Below are positions 23,003-33,785 of a stretch of 64,000 bases of DNA, in pieces (within the stretch, counting starts at the first letter, position 1; every line of letters starts with the position of its first letter). Origin of the DNA: Cyanobacteriota bacterium (GTDB lineage: Bacteria; Cyanobacteriota; Cyanobacteriia; PCC-6307; Cyanobiaceae); the NCBI GenBank assembly GCA_041181185.1, contig JBEGQC010000010.1, positions 28,039 to 92,038 of the forward strand, given 5' to 3'. The notes under the pieces are model-generated. The model made no database searches and had not been told where the DNA came from. It was given only the letters and a program-made list of their open reading frames with translations. Made by a program: the position numbers and the translations under genes.

Positions 23003-23841
23003 GGGTCTTGTTCTCCCTGCAGGGTGTGCAACGGATAGGTGCCAAAGAGGGTGAGGTGATCACACAGCGGCCTGAGCTGATCCAAGGCCAACTGCAGAGG
23101 GCCTGCTCCCGCCGCTGGCAACACCAGATCGACAAAAAAGATGTATTCCCCCATCTCCCGTTTGGATGGGCGCGATTCAATGCGGCTCATGTTCAGACCA
23201 TGGGCTGCAAAGCACACCAGAGCCTGCAGCAGCGCACCTGGCTGGTCCGAACGCAGGGAGAAGGCCAGGCTGGCCAGGGGACCGGTCTCCTCCCGCTGGC
23301 TGCGTTGGAGCAGAAGAAAGCGCGTGCAGTTGCCTGGCACATCATTGATGGGATAGGCCAAAATCTCCAGCTGCTGCTCCCCGGCGGCCTCGCGGGAGGC
23401 GATGGCGGCCCGGAAGCGACTCCCTTTCACCAGCCGGGCTGCTTCGGCCGTGGAGCTGGTGGGCAGCTGCAGGGCGGTGGGGAGGTGCTCCCCTAACCAC
23501 AGGCTGCATTGGGCCAGGGCCTGGGGGTGGGAGAGCACCTCGCTGATGCCCTCCAGGGGGCCGCTGCCCAGAAGGGCATGGCGAATGGGCAACACCAGGG
23601 CACGCCGCACAGCCAGCTCTGGATGCTCCCAGAGGGCGTCCATGCACGTGCTCACCCCTCCTTCCACAGAGTTTTCCACGGGGACGACGGCGGCTTCGCA
23701 GGTGCCAGCGGCCAGGGCCTGGATCACGGCGCGGATCCCTTGCTGGGGAACCAGCTCAGCTTCGATCCCCTCGAGAGCGGCCAGGCGCTTGGCGGCCTGC
23801 TCTCCGTAGGTGCCAGCTGGACCTAGGTAGGCGAGGCGCAT
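22990..23841 (-). CDS. pheA: Prephenate dehydratase
   Basis: ORF 22990..23895 trimmed to the ATG at 23841. It reads MRLAYLGPAGTYGEQAAKRL...AVVPVENSVEGGV...NCTRFLLL...ESRPSKREMGEYIFFVDL, i.e. a PDT domain plus a C-terminal ACT domain with the ESRP motif. Confidence 0.93.
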   Translation of the reverse strand: MRLAYLGPAGTYGEQAAKRLAALEGIEAELVPQQGIRAVIQALAAGTCEAAVVPVENSVEGGVSTCMDALWEHPELAVRRALVLPIRHALLGSGPLEGISEVLSHPQALAQCSLWLGEHLPTALQLPTSSTAEAARLVKGSRFRAAIASREAAGEQQLEILAYPINDVPGNCTRFLLLQRSQREETGPLASLAFSLRSDQPGALLQALVCFAAHGLNMSRIESRPSKREMGEYIFFVDLVLPAAGAGPLQLALDQLRPLCDHLTLFGTYPLHTLQGEQDPQDG

Positions 23842-23869
23842 GGTGGGGCAAGGGTTGATCCGTAGGATC

Positions 23870-24415
23870 ATGGCCTGCCGGCTTCCCCTGGCCATGCCCT
23901 TGGCCTTTAGCTCCAGCCAGCAGCTGGTCCTTCCCGTTCAGGAGGGGATTGCCCACTTGCCGGCCTATCTCAAGGATGAGCAGCGTGTGGTGGCCTCCCT
24001 GCTCGACCCCGCCCAGCTCATTTCGCTTGGGCCGGGTCACTACCGCTATCGGGTCACCCGGGTTCAGGTGTTCCAGCTGCAGATTCAACCCATCGTGGAA
24101 TTGCAAACTCACCACCGTGGCGATCGCCTCGAGTTGGAAGCTGTGGATTGCCAATTGGAAGGGCTGGGCCTGGTGGACGACTTTCGCTTGGGCCTCACCT
24201 CTTGGCTCAAGCCCTCGGGAGAAGGTCTGGAGGGGGAGGCCACCCTGGCGGTGAGTGTGAGCCAGCCAGCCCTGCTCAAACTCGTGCCACCAAGGGTGTT
24301 GGAGGCCACGGGCCGATCGATTTTGAGCGGGATCCTGCTAGGGATGCGCAATCGGGTGCGCCTGCAATTGCTCAACGATTTTCAACAGTGGTGCAAAGGC
24401 AAGGAGATGGCTTGA
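23870..24415 (+). CDS. DUF1997-family protein (conserved in cyanobacteria and plastids, function unknown)
   Basis: ORF 23840..24415, with ATG at 23870 ([79 protein letters not shown]...). The pattern matches my memory of DUF1997. The family assignment was not verified by search. Confidence 0.65.
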   Translation: MACRLPLAMPLAFSSSQQLVLPVQEGIAHLPAYLKDEQRVVASLLDPAQLISLGPGHYRYRVTRVQVFQLQIQPIVELQTHHRGDRLELEAVDCQLEGLGLVDDFRLGLTSWLKPSGEGLEGEATLAVSVSQPALLKLVPPRVLEATGRSILSGILLGMRNRVRLQLLNDFQQWCKGKEMA

Positions 24416-25053
24416 CGCTCGTCAGAAGCCCAGGTCTCCCCAAGGAGATCGCTCTTGCCTTGGAGCGTGTGGCGCAAAAACGTGCGGCGATGGAGCAGGG
24501 TCGGCCCCCGCTCTTGAAGGGCGAGGCGGTGATGCGCAGTTCCATAGCCGGCGTGGCGCTCCAGTCCGTAGCCAGGAAAGCGGAGCGCCAGCCGGCGAAT
24601 CAGGGCATCCCTCTCCTCTTTTGCGAGCACGCTCGCGGCACTGATCGCGGCGCAAAGCCTGTCACCCCCCACAAGGGTTTGCTGAGGCCCCTGCCAGCTG
24701 CGCAGGGGGAGGACGCCGTCCACCACCACCAGCTTGAAGGGATGGTTGAGTCGTTGGAGGGCACGCTGCATGGCCAGCTCTGTGGCCCTGCGGATGCCCA
24801 AGCGATCAATCTCCGCTGCACTGGCCTGGCCGATCGCCCATGCCGCTGCCACCCTTCGGATCATGGGCACCAGCTCCGCTCGACGGCGAGGGCTCAGCGC
24901 TTTGCTGTCGGTGAGTCCAGCGGCGCCCAGAACCGCCTCTCCCGGTTTCGGAAGGATCACGGCTCCGGCAAACACGGGCCCAAACAGGCTGCCCCGGCCC
25001 ACCTCATCCACGCCGGCCATCGCTGTCTCTCGCCAGCGAGCCACCCGGCTCAC
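24382..25053 (-). CDS. rnhB: Ribonuclease HII
   Basis: [22 protein letters not shown]...[10 protein letters not shown]...[11 protein letters not shown]. The GTG start overlaps the rne stop (GTGA), matching the cyanobacterial rne-rnhB operon arrangement. Confidence 0.92.
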   Translation of the reverse strand: MSRVARWRETAMAGVDEVGRGSLFGPVFAGAVILPKPGEAVLGAAGLTDSKALSPRRRAELVPMIRRVAAAWAIGQASAAEIDRLGIRRATELAMQRALQRLNHPFKLVVVDGVLPLRSWQGPQQTLVGGDRLCAAISAASVLAKEERDALIRRLALRFPGYGLERHAGYGTAHHRLALQERGPTLLHRRTFLRHTLQGKSDLLGETWASDERQAISLPLHHC

Positions 25054-27002
25054 ACCGTGGCGGAAGAGCGGCGGCGGCGGCGGCGGGGCTCCTGATCCTC
25101 CGCTCCTTCCTCTGCGGTTTCTGCGCCAGCCTGATCAGAGACCTGATCAGAGGCCTGAGCTGAGCGAGGGCTTCCCCGACGGTGAGCCGGCATCTCCACG
25201 GTCACCACTTCTGCCGCAGGGGTGAGGGGCAGGGGGATGGTCTCCACCTCGGCTTCGTCCTGGTCCGCTGCTAAATCGGAGGAGATGGCGGACACCTCGG
25301 CAGCTGTGGAGCGACTGTCGCCCCCTCGCCCCCGCCGCCGCCGCCGGGATCCTGCGGCGCTGGCCTGCAGGCGGGCTTCCTCCAGAACGGCTTCGGGGTC
25401 ACACCCCGGTCTCACCACCCGCATCACCAGATTGTCGCCGCTGGGCAACGGTTCGAGCAAAAGGGCTGGGTTGAAGCCCATCCACCCGTACACCTCTTCC
25501 TGATTGGCATCCATGGGGACCGCGACGAATTCCAACTCCGGTCGGCGACCCCCTGTCTCCAGCTCGGGCCGTGCGCTTTCCGGACCTTCGCCCTGCAGGC
25601 CAGCCCCATTGGTCGAGGCAACCACCGGGACTTCGGCACCCTCACCGCCGCGGCCGCCCCGACCGCCGCGACGCCTGCGCCCACCTGCCGCTTCGGAGGG
25701 GGCAACCGGGGCCTCGGGCCGGGCGGCGGAGGGAACGGTTCGCACCACCCCTGGCAGGCTGGCCAAGGGTTGGAGGGTGTCCTTGCCGGGGAGCACGGCC
25801 ACATGTCCCAGCCCGCCGCAGCTGGGGCAGGTGCGACCAAACAATTCGTAGATGTTTTGCCCCTGTCGCTTGCGGGTTAGTTCCACCAATCCCAGCTCTG
25901 TCAGTTGGGCAATCTGGGGTCGAGCTGAATCGTTGCGCACGGCCTGGGTGAAATGCTCCAGCAACTGCAGCTGGTCGCGGCGCGACTCCATGTCGATGAA
26001 GTCGATGATCACCACCCCGCCGATGTTGCGCAACTTCAGCTGCCTGGCAATTTCTGTGGCTGCTTCGCAATTGGTCCAAAGAACGGTTTCCCGGGCATTG
26101 GCCGAGCGGGTGAACGAGCCGGAATTGACATCGATGACCGTGAGGGCTTCGGTGGGCTGGATGATCACGTACCCCCCTGAGGGGAGGTCCACCCGCGGGC
26201 GCAGGGCATCGCGAATTGCGGCGTTGATGCGGAAATGCTCGAGCAGCTCTGTGGATTCTTCGTGAAATTCCACCGTGAGCTGGTTCTGGTCTTCTCCGAG
26301 AAAACCATTCACCCGCGCCACCGCCTCCGGGGCATCCACCACCACGCGCACCACGTCGGGACCGTAGAAGTCGCGCAGCACCCTGTGAATGAAATCCTCA
26401 TCCCGGTTCAACAGAACCGGCGGTGTGGCTGTTTCGGCGGCCTGCTGGATCGCTTCCCATTGGCGAAGCAGAGCTTCGAGGTCGTCGATGAGCAGCTCCT
26501 CGCCCACCCCTTCCGCTTCCGTGCGGATCAACAAGCCCGCGCCGGGTGGTTTGATCAGCACGCCCAGGGCCCGCAGGCGATTGCGCTCGGCCTCGCTATT
26601 GATCCGCCGGGAGATGTTCACCCCCTGGCCATGGGGCTGCAGCACCAGGAAACGCCCAGGCAAGCTCAGGTTGCCAGTGAGCCTCGGTCCCTTGCTGCCG
26701 GTGGGCTCCTTCATCACCTGCACGAGAACCTTTTGGCGAGGTTCGAGGAGTTCGGTGATCCCCGCTCCGGTTTTCCGGAGGCGAAGCGGGCCGAGATCAG
26801 ATATGTGAATGAAACCGTTTTTTTCGCTTTCGCCGATGTTTACGAAAGCCGCATCAATCCCTGGCAGAACGTTTTCCACGGTGCCGAGGTAAACATCGCC
26901 GATCTGGTAGCGGCCTTGGGCCACCACCAGCTCATCGACACGGTCGTCACTGAGCACTGCGGCGATCCGCAGCTGCTCGGCGATCACGATCTGCTGGGGC
27001 AT
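25050..27002 (-). CDS. rne: Ribonuclease E (cyanobacterial RNase E/G family), 650 aa
   Basis: ORF 25050..27125 trimmed to the ATG at 27002. [57 protein letters not shown] forms the S1 domain. The catalytic core reads [20 protein letters not shown]...[12 protein letters not shown], followed by [10 protein letters not shown]. The C-terminal region is Arg-rich and ends ...[11 protein letters not shown], matching the cyanobacteria-specific Arg-rich C-terminal peptide reported to bind PNPase. Confidence 0.95.
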   Translation of the reverse strand: MPQQIVIAEQLRIAAVLSDDRVDELVVAQGRYQIGDVYLGTVENVLPGIDAAFVNIGESEKNGFIHISDLGPLRLRKTGAGITELLEPRQKVLVQVMKEPTGSKGPRLTGNLSLPGRFLVLQPHGQGVNISRRINSEAERNRLRALGVLIKPPGAGLLIRTEAEGVGEELLIDDLEALLRQWEAIQQAAETATPPVLLNRDEDFIHRVLRDFYGPDVVRVVVDAPEAVARVNGFLGEDQNQLTVEFHEESTELLEHFRINAAIRDALRPRVDLPSGGYVIIQPTEALTVIDVNSGSFTRSANARETVLWTNCEAATEIARQLKLRNIGGVVIIDFIDMESRRDQLQLLEHFTQAVRNDSARPQIAQLTELGLVELTRKRQGQNIYELFGRTCPSCGGLGHVAVLPGKDTLQPLASLPGVVRTVPSAARPEAPVAPSEAAGGRRRRGGRGGRGGEGAEVPVVASTNGAGLQGEGPESARPELETGGRRPELEFVAVPMDANQEEVYGWMGFNPALLLEPLPSGDNLVMRVVRPGCDPEAVLEEARLQASAAGSRRRRRGRGGDSRSTAAEVSAISSDLAADQDEAEVETIPLPLTPAAEVVTVEMPAHRRGSPRSAQASDQVSDQAGAETAEEGAEDQEPRRRRRRSSATV

Positions 27003-27392
27003 AGAAGGGAGAAAGTCTCTTTGAGGTCCTGAACCAGCAGGACTGGACGAACAAGGCAATGCCAACGGGCCCTCAGGACTGACCGGGAGGAACCTTGATG
27101 AGCTCCCCCGGTTCGTGGAAAACACAGGGGGAATTGGCTGACCAGAAAAATTGGGATTGATGCCTGCTGAGCAAAAACCTTGAGGTCGTCAGCAAATAAT
27201 GGGGAGAGGGCTGGCCTCCCGGAAGGGGGCAAAAAACCGTACTCTTTGGCTGGATCAGCGAGCTTCCCTGTTGATCTGCCTAACGGATGCGTCAGGATTG
27301 AGGAAGCTTTAGGGACCTGGTGAAGAGATGGGGCGCGCCGCCCTCTCACCAAGCCTCAGCACGTTAGCACGCTCCCTAGGCGGTGGAGCTGT
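27003..27392 (-). promoter_or_regulatory. Long (about 390 nt) intergenic leader upstream of rne. It is a probable 5' UTR and promoter region with U-rich tracts.
   Basis: There is no credible ORF on either strand. The minus-strand RNA contains GGUUUUUUGCCCCCUUCCGGGAGGC, AAUUUUUCUGG and GGUUUUUGCUC. A long U-rich, autoregulated rne leader is known from cyanobacteria. The boundaries here are simply the flanking CDS ends. Confidence 0.4.
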
Positions 27393-30080
27393 CTAGTCGC
27401 TCCTGCCAGGGAACCGCACACGCAGGGCTTCCCGCTGAAGCCTCGCCAGCCGAAGGGGAAGTTGCCAGGTTTCGCTGAGCCAGGCCCGCACATGCTCCGG
27501 CCGCACCCCAAACCCTTGGCTGTCGATGCCGGTCTCCAGCGCCAGCTCCACCTCATCCCCATGCCGATCGTGGCGCGCCAGTCGGATCTGGCGGAGGGCG
27601 GGGCGACAGTCCCTCTGTCGGGGCCTCCCTTTTTTGTCGCGGTCGTGCCAGATCCAAACCTCTTGCTGCATCAAGGCCTGCAGCGCCTGCTCCCATCTCT
27701 CCGCTCGAGGCCAGGCCATGGTCGAGCTCTCGGCGGTGCCGCGCCGCAGGGCAAACCTCCAGTGGGCCGCCTCCAGCACCTGGGACAGGCTGGGTCCCTC
27801 CACGGGCACGACCTGGCTGGAGAGCAACTGCAAGCCATCGGGGAGCTCCCGTTGCAGGCGGTGCAAAGCCAGACCAGGATCCAGGGGCTCGGCGAACTCC
27901 AGATCGAGCCATTCGCCCAGCCCTTCCACCCCAAGCGGCAAAGGGAGGGCGATCTGCAGCCGGGGCATCGGATGAAACCCCCCGCTGAAACTCACCGGCA
28001 GGCCGCTGCGGCGTAGGGCTCGATCCAGCAGACGCACCGTATCGAGGTGACTGATCCAGGCCAGGGAGCCTTGCTTGCGGAAGCCCAGTCGCAGGCGGCA
28101 GGCACGTTCACTGGCGGGCTTGCGTTCCGGCAGAGCCGGCGGCACCGGCGGCGGCTGAATCACCACATTGTGTCCCAACTCCGGCCCGCAAACCCCGCAA
28201 TGGCTGCAACTGGCAAACGAACAATCCGGCACCTCCGCAGCCGCCAGGGCGCGCTTGAGATCCGCCGCCAACCAGGTTTTGTCCACGCCACTGTCGAGAT
28301 GGTCCCAGGGGAGGGGTTGGCGGCAGAACGTGTCCAGATCCGTGGGCTCCAGGGCTTCTACGGCCGCCCAGTCGCCCAGTTCCAAGGCCCGGTATCGTCC
28401 TTCCAGGCCCGCCGCTTCGATGGCGGCAGCCCAGGCAGCGTGGCTGCGCTCAGCGGATTCAAACCAAGCATCCAGGCCGGCGCCCGCCCTCCAGGCCGCC
28501 TCGATCACCGGAGCCAGCCGCCGATCACCTCGGCCGACGAAATCCTCAATCGCCGCCAGCCGGGTGTCGGTGAAATTGCTCTTCACCCCCCGCAGACCCC
28601 GCAGCGCTTGGCGCAGCAGCTCTTGGCGACGCCGGATTTCGGCATGGCTGACGCTGTGCCATTGGAACGGCGTGTGGGGCTTGGGCGTGAAGGTGCTGAT
28701 GGTGAGGTTGAGTGTCAGCCGTCCGAGATCGGCGCAGCCTTGCTGCAAACGGCGACAGGTCTCGGCGATGGCGAGTACATCGGTGTCCGTCTCTCCAGGC
28801 AGTCCCACCATGAAATAGAGCTTCAGCTTGCGATAGCCGTTCTCCATGGCGGTGCGGATGCCGCGCAACAGATCCGCATCGCTGAGGCCCTTGTTGATCA
28901 CATCCCGCAGCCGCTGACTTCCGGCCTCAGGGGCGAAGGTGAGTCCGGCGCGGCGGGTGCCGCCAAGGATGTGGGCGATGTGGGCATCGAAGCGGTCGAC
29001 CCGTTGGCTGGGCAAGGTGAGGCTGATGTTGTGCTCCGCCAGCCGGTTGCGCAGCTCCACCCCCACCGCCGGCAGGGAGAGATAGTCGCTGCAGCTCAGG
29101 GAAAGGAGCGAGAAATCGGCATAGCCGGTGCGGCGCATTCCTTCTTCCACCGCTTCGATCACCGCGCTGGGCTCCACATCGCGGGCCGGACGGGTGAGCA
29201 TCCCCGGCTGGCAGAAGCGGCAGCCCCTGGTGCATCCCCGCCGGATCTCCACCGTGAGACGGTCGTGCACCGTTTCAATGTGGGGCACCAAGCCGGTGGC
29301 GTAGTGGGGCATGGGCGTCGCGGTGCGGCGGCGGATCCGCTGCGGCAGATCGGGCTCCAGGGGCACGATCGTCACCCCATCCGCCCCGGGGCCATACAAA
29401 GCCGGCACATACACTCCCGGCACCTGGGCCAGATCCCGCAGCAGATCAAGGCGGCTGAGGCCGGCGGCTCGACCCTCCGCCACCACCAGGCCAATCTCCG
29501 GCAGCAGTTCTTCGCCATCGCCCAGGGCGATGAAGTCGAAGAAGGCGGCAAAGGGCTCCGGGTTGCTGGTGGCTGTGGGACCCCCGGCAAAGATCAGGGG
29601 AGGGGCGGCGGGATCGGCCAGGGGCAGGTTGCCGCGGGCGGCCGCGTGTAGGGGCACCCCCGCCAGATCCAGCATCGCCAGGATGTTGGTGCCACCGAGT
29701 TCATAGCTGAGGCTGAAGCCGAGCAGATCAAAGGCGGCCAAGGGCCGGCGGCTCTCCACCCCGAAGAGGGGAATGCGCTGCTCCTTCAGGCGGCCCGCCA
29801 GATCGGCGGCGGGCAGATAGGCCCGATCACAGAGCTGGCCGGGGACCGTGTTGAGAATTGAATAGAGAAGGATGTGGCCCAGATTGCTGGCCCCCACCTC
29901 ATACACCTCGGGGTAGGTGAGGGCCCAGCGCACCCCAGCTGCCGGCCAGGCCTGATCCCAGTCGCGGGCCCGCACTCCCAGCTCATTGCCCAGATAGCGG
30001 CCTGGTTTGTGGATGTCCAGGTCGATCAGGCTCTCCAGATCCACCATGGCGGGGGGAGGAAGCGGGCGGCTGGTGGTCAT
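27393..30080 (-). CDS. Radical SAM protein (B12-binding-like N-terminal domain plus radical SAM core) fused to a DUF2344-type C-terminal domain; uncharacterised family
   Basis: ORF 27393..30158 trimmed to the ATG at 30080. It has [13 protein letters not shown] near the N-terminus and the radical SAM CxxxCxxC motif in [16 protein letters not shown]. The C-terminal ~230 aa read [59 protein letters not shown], typical of the radical-SAM-linked DUF2344 domain. Confidence 0.85.
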   Translation of the reverse strand: MTTSRPLPPPAMVDLESLIDLDIHKPGRYLGNELGVRARDWDQAWPAAGVRWALTYPEVYEVGASNLGHILLYSILNTVPGQLCDRAYLPAADLAGRLKEQRIPLFGVESRRPLAAFDLLGFSLSYELGGTNILAMLDLAGVPLHAAARGNLPLADPAAPPLIFAGGPTATSNPEPFAAFFDFIALGDGEELLPEIGLVVAEGRAAGLSRLDLLRDLAQVPGVYVPALYGPGADGVTIVPLEPDLPQRIRRRTATPMPHYATGLVPHIETVHDRLTVEIRRGCTRGCRFCQPGMLTRPARDVEPSAVIEAVEEGMRRTGYADFSLLSLSCSDYLSLPAVGVELRNRLAEHNISLTLPSQRVDRFDAHIAHILGGTRRAGLTFAPEAGSQRLRDVINKGLSDADLLRGIRTAMENGYRKLKLYFMVGLPGETDTDVLAIAETCRRLQQGCADLGRLTLNLTISTFTPKPHTPFQWHSVSHAEIRRRQELLRQALRGLRGVKSNFTDTRLAAIEDFVGRGDRRLAPVIEAAWRAGAGLDAWFESAERSHAAWAAAIEAAGLEGRYRALELGDWAAVEALEPTDLDTFCRQPLPWDHLDSGVDKTWLAADLKRALAAAEVPDCSFASCSHCGVCGPELGHNVVIQPPPVPPALPERKPASERACRLRLGFRKQGSLAWISHLDTVRLLDRALRRSGLPVSFSGGFHPMPRLQIALPLPLGVEGLGEWLDLEFAEPLDPGLALHRLQRELPDGLQLLSSQVVPVEGPSLSQVLEAAHWRFALRRGTAESSTMAWPRAERWEQALQALMQQEVWIWHDRDKKGRPRQRDCRPALRQIRLARHDRHGDEVELALETGIDSQGFGVRPEHVRAWLSETWQLPLRLARLQREALRVRFPGRSD

Positions 30081-30202
30081 GGGGTGGTCAGCCGCAGGGC
30101 ACAGCGTTGATCGTATGCAGGCCTTGGGCTTCGGGGCGGGCGGCGCGCCATAGGACAATCGCGCCCAGTTCCACCGAGCCCGCTGCGGGCTGCGTGCGCC
30201 CC

Positions 30203-31438
30203 ATGGTTCTGGTCAACGGCAACTACCTCAAGCTCAAGGCCGGCTACCTGTTTCCGGAGATCGCCAGGCGGGTGAAGGCCTTCAGTGATGCCAACCCCGC
30301 TGCCCAGATCATTCGCCTGGGCATCGGTGATGTCACCGAACCTTTGCCCGAGGCCTGCCGCATCGCGATGAAGGCGGCCATCGATGAGATGGGCACCCGC
30401 GAGGGCTTCCATGGCTATGGGCCCGAGCAGGGCTACCTGTGGTTGCGGGAGGCGATCGCCCAGCACGACTTCCAGGCCCGAGGCTGCCAGGTGAGCGCGG
30501 AGGAGATCTTCGTCTCCGATGGCTCCAAATGCGACAGCGCCAACATCCTCGACATCCTCGGGGAGGGCAACCGCATCGCGGTCACAGATCCGGTGTACCC
30601 GGTGTATGTGGATAGCAACGTCATGGCGGGTCGCACGGGAGAGGCCAATGACGCTGGCCAGTACGGCGGCCTCACCTACCTGCCGATCAATGCTGAGAAC
30701 GGATTCACCGCGCAGATCCCCTCAGAACCGGTGGACCTGATCTACCTCTGCTTCCCCAACAACCCCACCGGCGCTGTCGCCACGAAGGAACAACTTCAGG
30801 CTTGGGTCGACTATGCCCGTGCCAACGGCAGTCTGATTCTCTTTGATGCCGCTTACGAGGCCTTCATCCAGGATCCTTCCTTACCCCACTCGATCTATGA
30901 GATCGACGGCGCCCGTGACTGTGCCATCGAGTTTCGGTCTTTCTCGAAAAATGCAGGTTTTACGGGCACCCGCTGCGCCCTCACCGTCGTGCCCCGGGGC
31001 CTGATGGGCACAGCCACCAATGGCGAGAAGGTGGAGCTGTGGGGCCTGTGGAACCGGCGCCAGTGCACCAAGTTCAATGGGGTGAGTTACATCGTGCAGC
31101 GTGGCGCCGAGGCGGTGTATTCGCCGCAGGGGCAAGCCCAAGTGAAGGCCCTGATCGCCTTCTACATGGAGAACGCCGCGATCATTCGCCGGGAGCTGGC
31201 GCAGGCCGGTCTGCAGGTGTATGGCGGCGAACAGGCCCCCTATGTGTGGGTGAAGACGCCCGCTGGCGTGGATTCCTGGGGCTTCTTCGACCTCTTGCTC
31301 CACCAGGCCCATGTGGTGGGCACGCCTGGGAGCGGCTTCGGTGCCGCCGGGGAGGGCTATTTCCGTCTTTCGGCGTTCAACAGCCGCGACAACGTGCTGC
31401 AGGCCATGGGCCGCATTCAAGAGGCTTTGCAGGGCTAA
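30203..31438 (+). CDS. dapL: LL-diaminopimelate aminotransferase
   Basis: ORF 30107..31438 trimmed to the ATG at 30203. It reads [27 protein letters not shown]...[13 protein letters not shown]...[16 protein letters not shown]...[13 protein letters not shown] (PLP lysine region), diagnostic of DapL. Confidence 0.94.
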   Translation: MVLVNGNYLKLKAGYLFPEIARRVKAFSDANPAAQIIRLGIGDVTEPLPEACRIAMKAAIDEMGTREGFHGYGPEQGYLWLREAIAQHDFQARGCQVSAEEIFVSDGSKCDSANILDILGEGNRIAVTDPVYPVYVDSNVMAGRTGEANDAGQYGGLTYLPINAENGFTAQIPSEPVDLIYLCFPNNPTGAVATKEQLQAWVDYARANGSLILFDAAYEAFIQDPSLPHSIYEIDGARDCAIEFRSFSKNAGFTGTRCALTVVPRGLMGTATNGEKVELWGLWNRRQCTKFNGVSYIVQRGAEAVYSPQGQAQVKALIAFYMENAAIIRRELAQAGLQVYGGEQAPYVWVKTPAGVDSWGFFDLLLHQAHVVGTPGSGFGAAGEGYFRLSAFNSRDNVLQAMGRIQEALQG

Positions 31439-31446
31439 AGCGCGGC

Positions 31447-32460
31447 CTACAGGCGCACCAGCTCCTGTTGGAGTTGCTCGCGGAAGAGCGCCACCGTGCT
31501 CTCCAGGCCTTCGGCGAGCGGAATTCGGGCCCGCCATCCCAGCTCGGCCAGGCGGCTCACATCGAGCTGCTTTTTCGGGGTGCCATCCGGTTTGCTGGCA
31601 TCCCAGAGAATCTCTCCGCCAAACCCTGTGGCGCGGGCCACGGCTTCGGCCAACTCGCGAATGGTGAGGTCGACGCCTGTTCCCACATTCAGGTGGGTGA
31701 GGGGATGGCCGGCGTCATCCCGAGGCGCCTTCGGAGCGTCGGGATCCCAATGCTCCAGGGCAAACACGCAGGCCTCCCCCAGGTCATCGGCGTGCAAAAA
31801 CTCCCGCAGGGGTGAGCCTGTGCCCCAGCAGGTGACTGTGGGCTCGCCTCGCTCCGTGGCTTCGTGGAAGCGGCGGATCAGGGCGGGCAGCACATGGCTG
31901 TTGGTGGGGTGGTAGTTGTCGCCCGGGCCATAGAGGTTGGTGGGCATCAGGCTGATGGCGTCGAAGCCGTGCTGTTTGCGCAGGGCGGCGCAGAGCTTGA
32001 TCCCCGTGATCTTGGCGATGGCATACCACTCATTGGTGGGCTCCAGGGAGCCTGTGAGCAGGGCCTCCTCGCGAATCGGCTGGGGGGCCAATTTTGGATA
32101 GATGCAGCTGCTGCCCAGAAACAGCAAGCGCCGCACCCCATGGCGCCAGGCGCTTTCAATCACATGATTTTGGATCTTCAGGTTCTCCAGCAGAAAGTCC
32201 GCAGGGAAGGTGTTGTTGGCATGGATCCCGCCCACCTTGGCCGCGGCGAGCACCACCACATCCGGCCGCTGCTCGGCCATCCAGGCGGCCACCGCCTGCG
32301 GATCAAGCAGATCGAGCTCCTGGCGGCTGGCGGTGAGCAGCTCCCCCGCTCGGGCGGGATCGGCGAAGCCTCGCCGCTGCAGGGCTCGGCAGATGGCGCT
32401 GCCCGCCATGCCGCGGTGGCCTGCCACAAAGATGCGATCGGTGGAGTGAAGAAAGGCCAT
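31447..32460 (-). CDS. fcl: GDP-L-fucose synthase (GDP-4-keto-6-deoxy-D-mannose epimerase/reductase)
   Basis: ORF 31447..33129 trimmed to the ATG at 32460. It reads MAFLHSTDRIFVAGHRGMAGSAICRAL...AAAKVGGIHANNTFPADFLLENLKIQNHVIESA...LGSSCIYPK...YAIAKITGIKLC. The upstream 223 codons of the ORF are antisense to clpS and are not credible. Confidence 0.92.
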   Translation of the reverse strand: MAFLHSTDRIFVAGHRGMAGSAICRALQRRGFADPARAGELLTASRQELDLLDPQAVAAWMAEQRPDVVVLAAAKVGGIHANNTFPADFLLENLKIQNHVIESAWRHGVRRLLFLGSSCIYPKLAPQPIREEALLTGSLEPTNEWYAIAKITGIKLCAALRKQHGFDAISLMPTNLYGPGDNYHPTNSHVLPALIRRFHEATERGEPTVTCWGTGSPLREFLHADDLGEACVFALEHWDPDAPKAPRDDAGHPLTHLNVGTGVDLTIRELAEAVARATGFGGEILWDASKPDGTPKKQLDVSRLAELGWRARIPLAEGLESTVALFREQLQQELVRL

Positions 32461-32583
32461 ACAACACAAACCCTGCCTGAATCTTCCCATCCGCATCAAG
32501 CTGGCGGTGGATGCTGCCTCGAGCACGCCTACGATGCAGGCCCAATCCAGGTTCCACCGTTCCACCTGCTTCTCTTTCGGGCC

Positions 32584-32931
32584 ATGGCTGACCCCCTTTC
32601 TCACGTTTTTCCCCTTCGAGCCAGCCAGTCGCCAGGCCGGGAGAGCGGCGGCGCGGCTGTCATGGAAAAGGCGCCGGAGCGGGTGCGCAAACCCGCGCCG
32701 CGTTACCGGGTGCTCCTGCACAACGATCCGGTGAACACCATGGAGTACGTCGTCAAAACGCTCCGTCAGGTGGTTCCCAGCCTGAGCGAGGAGGATGCCC
32801 ACGCCGTGATGTGGGAAGCGCACAACACGGGGGTGGGCCTGGTGATTGTGTGTGATTTGGAGCCGGCGGAGTTTTATTGCGAAACCCTGAAGGCCAAGGG
32901 CCTCACCAGCACGATTGAGCCCGAGGAATAG
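32584..32931 (+). CDS. clpS: ATP-dependent Clp protease adaptor ClpS
   Basis: The C-terminal part of ORF 31864..32931 reads RYRVLLHNDPVNTMEYVVKTLRQVVPSLSEEDAHAVMWEAHNTGVGLVIVCDLEPAEFYCETLKAKGLTSTIEPEE. The start is either ATG 32584 (115 aa) or ATG 32662 (89 aa). Confidence 0.9.
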   Translation: MADPLSHVFPLRASQSPGRESGGAAVMEKAPERVRKPAPRYRVLLHNDPVNTMEYVVKTLRQVVPSLSEEDAHAVMWEAHNTGVGLVIVCDLEPAEFYCETLKAKGLTSTIEPEE

Positions 32932-33779
32932 TGGAGCATACGGGCCCCACCTGGCTTGGCACCCTGCTCTACCCCGCGGCCATCGTGGCCCTGTTTTTGT
33001 GCCTGCAGGTGGTGGCCAAATCCCTTGGATTGCCCGCCAGCCACTGGCCGCTCTTTGCAGCCCCCTGGGCCCTCTTGGCCTTGCTGCTGAGCTTGCCCTC
33101 CCGGCTGCGGCGGGTCTGGCAGGAGCCATCCCCTTGGTGCCGTCTTGGAGTGGTGGCCTCCCCCAAGGAAGCCCTCTTGGCCCTGCTGAGGGGGTGGGGC
33201 AAGGCTTTGGCGCTGTTGGCGCCCATCGCTGTGCTGTTGGTGTCGACCGGGATGGCCCGCTGGCACCCCGATCTCTCCTTGGCGGAGCTGGTCAATGCCC
33301 TGGCCTTGGGGCTCGGAGTCGGCTTTGCCGAGGAGCTGCTGTTTCGAGGCTGGCTTTGGGGGGAGCTGGCGCTCCATCTCGGCCGAGCTCGGGGGGCGAT
33401 CGCCCAGGCGGTCATGTTCAGCCTGGTGCATGCCCGCTCCGATCTGGGAATGCTCCCCCTGTTGGGCCTGTTGGGGGGGCTGTTTTTGCTGGGTTGGGCA
33501 CTGGCCTTGCAACGCCGTGCGGATGGCGGCCTGCTTTGGGGGGCGGTGGGGCTCCATGGCGGGCTGGTGGGTGTTTGGTTTGCTCTGTTGCAGGGGGCCC
33601 TGGTGCTGGGGCCCCACCAGGCCCCCCCTTGGCTTGTGGGGCCTGGTGGGGCCAACCCCAATCCCGTGGGGGGGATGTTGGGTTGGCTGGGAATGACCCT
33701 GTTGCTGCTGGCCTTGGCCAGGTCGCTCAGGCAGCAAAGGGTGGGGGGGATCACTGATAATGCACGGATGTGTCCGTGA
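32931..33779 (+). CDS. CPBP family intramembrane glutamic endopeptidase (CAAX protease-like)
   Basis: Multi-TM protein with the family motifs EELLFRGWLWGEL and FSLVHA.... Confidence 0.85.
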   Translation: MEHTGPTWLGTLLYPAAIVALFLCLQVVAKSLGLPASHWPLFAAPWALLALLLSLPSRLRRVWQEPSPWCRLGVVASPKEALLALLRGWGKALALLAPIAVLLVSTGMARWHPDLSLAELVNALALGLGVGFAEELLFRGWLWGELALHLGRARGAIAQAVMFSLVHARSDLGMLPLLGLLGGLFLLGWALALQRRADGGLLWGAVGLHGGLVGVWFALLQGALVLGPHQAPPWLVGPGGANPNPVGGMLGWLGMTLLLLALARSLRQQRVGGITDNARMCP

Positions 33780-33785
33780 GCAGCC

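Noticed and set aside
32461-33129. 223-codon N-terminal extension of the fcl ORF (31447..33129), and similar 5' extensions of ORFs 13472..16006, 2071..4587, 25050..27125, 27393..30158, 30107..31438 and 50236..51549
   Set aside because: In each case the recognisable protein begins at an internal ATG that matches the family N-terminus. The extensions overlap neighbouring genes or intergenic DNA and have an Arg/Pro/Gly-rich composition.
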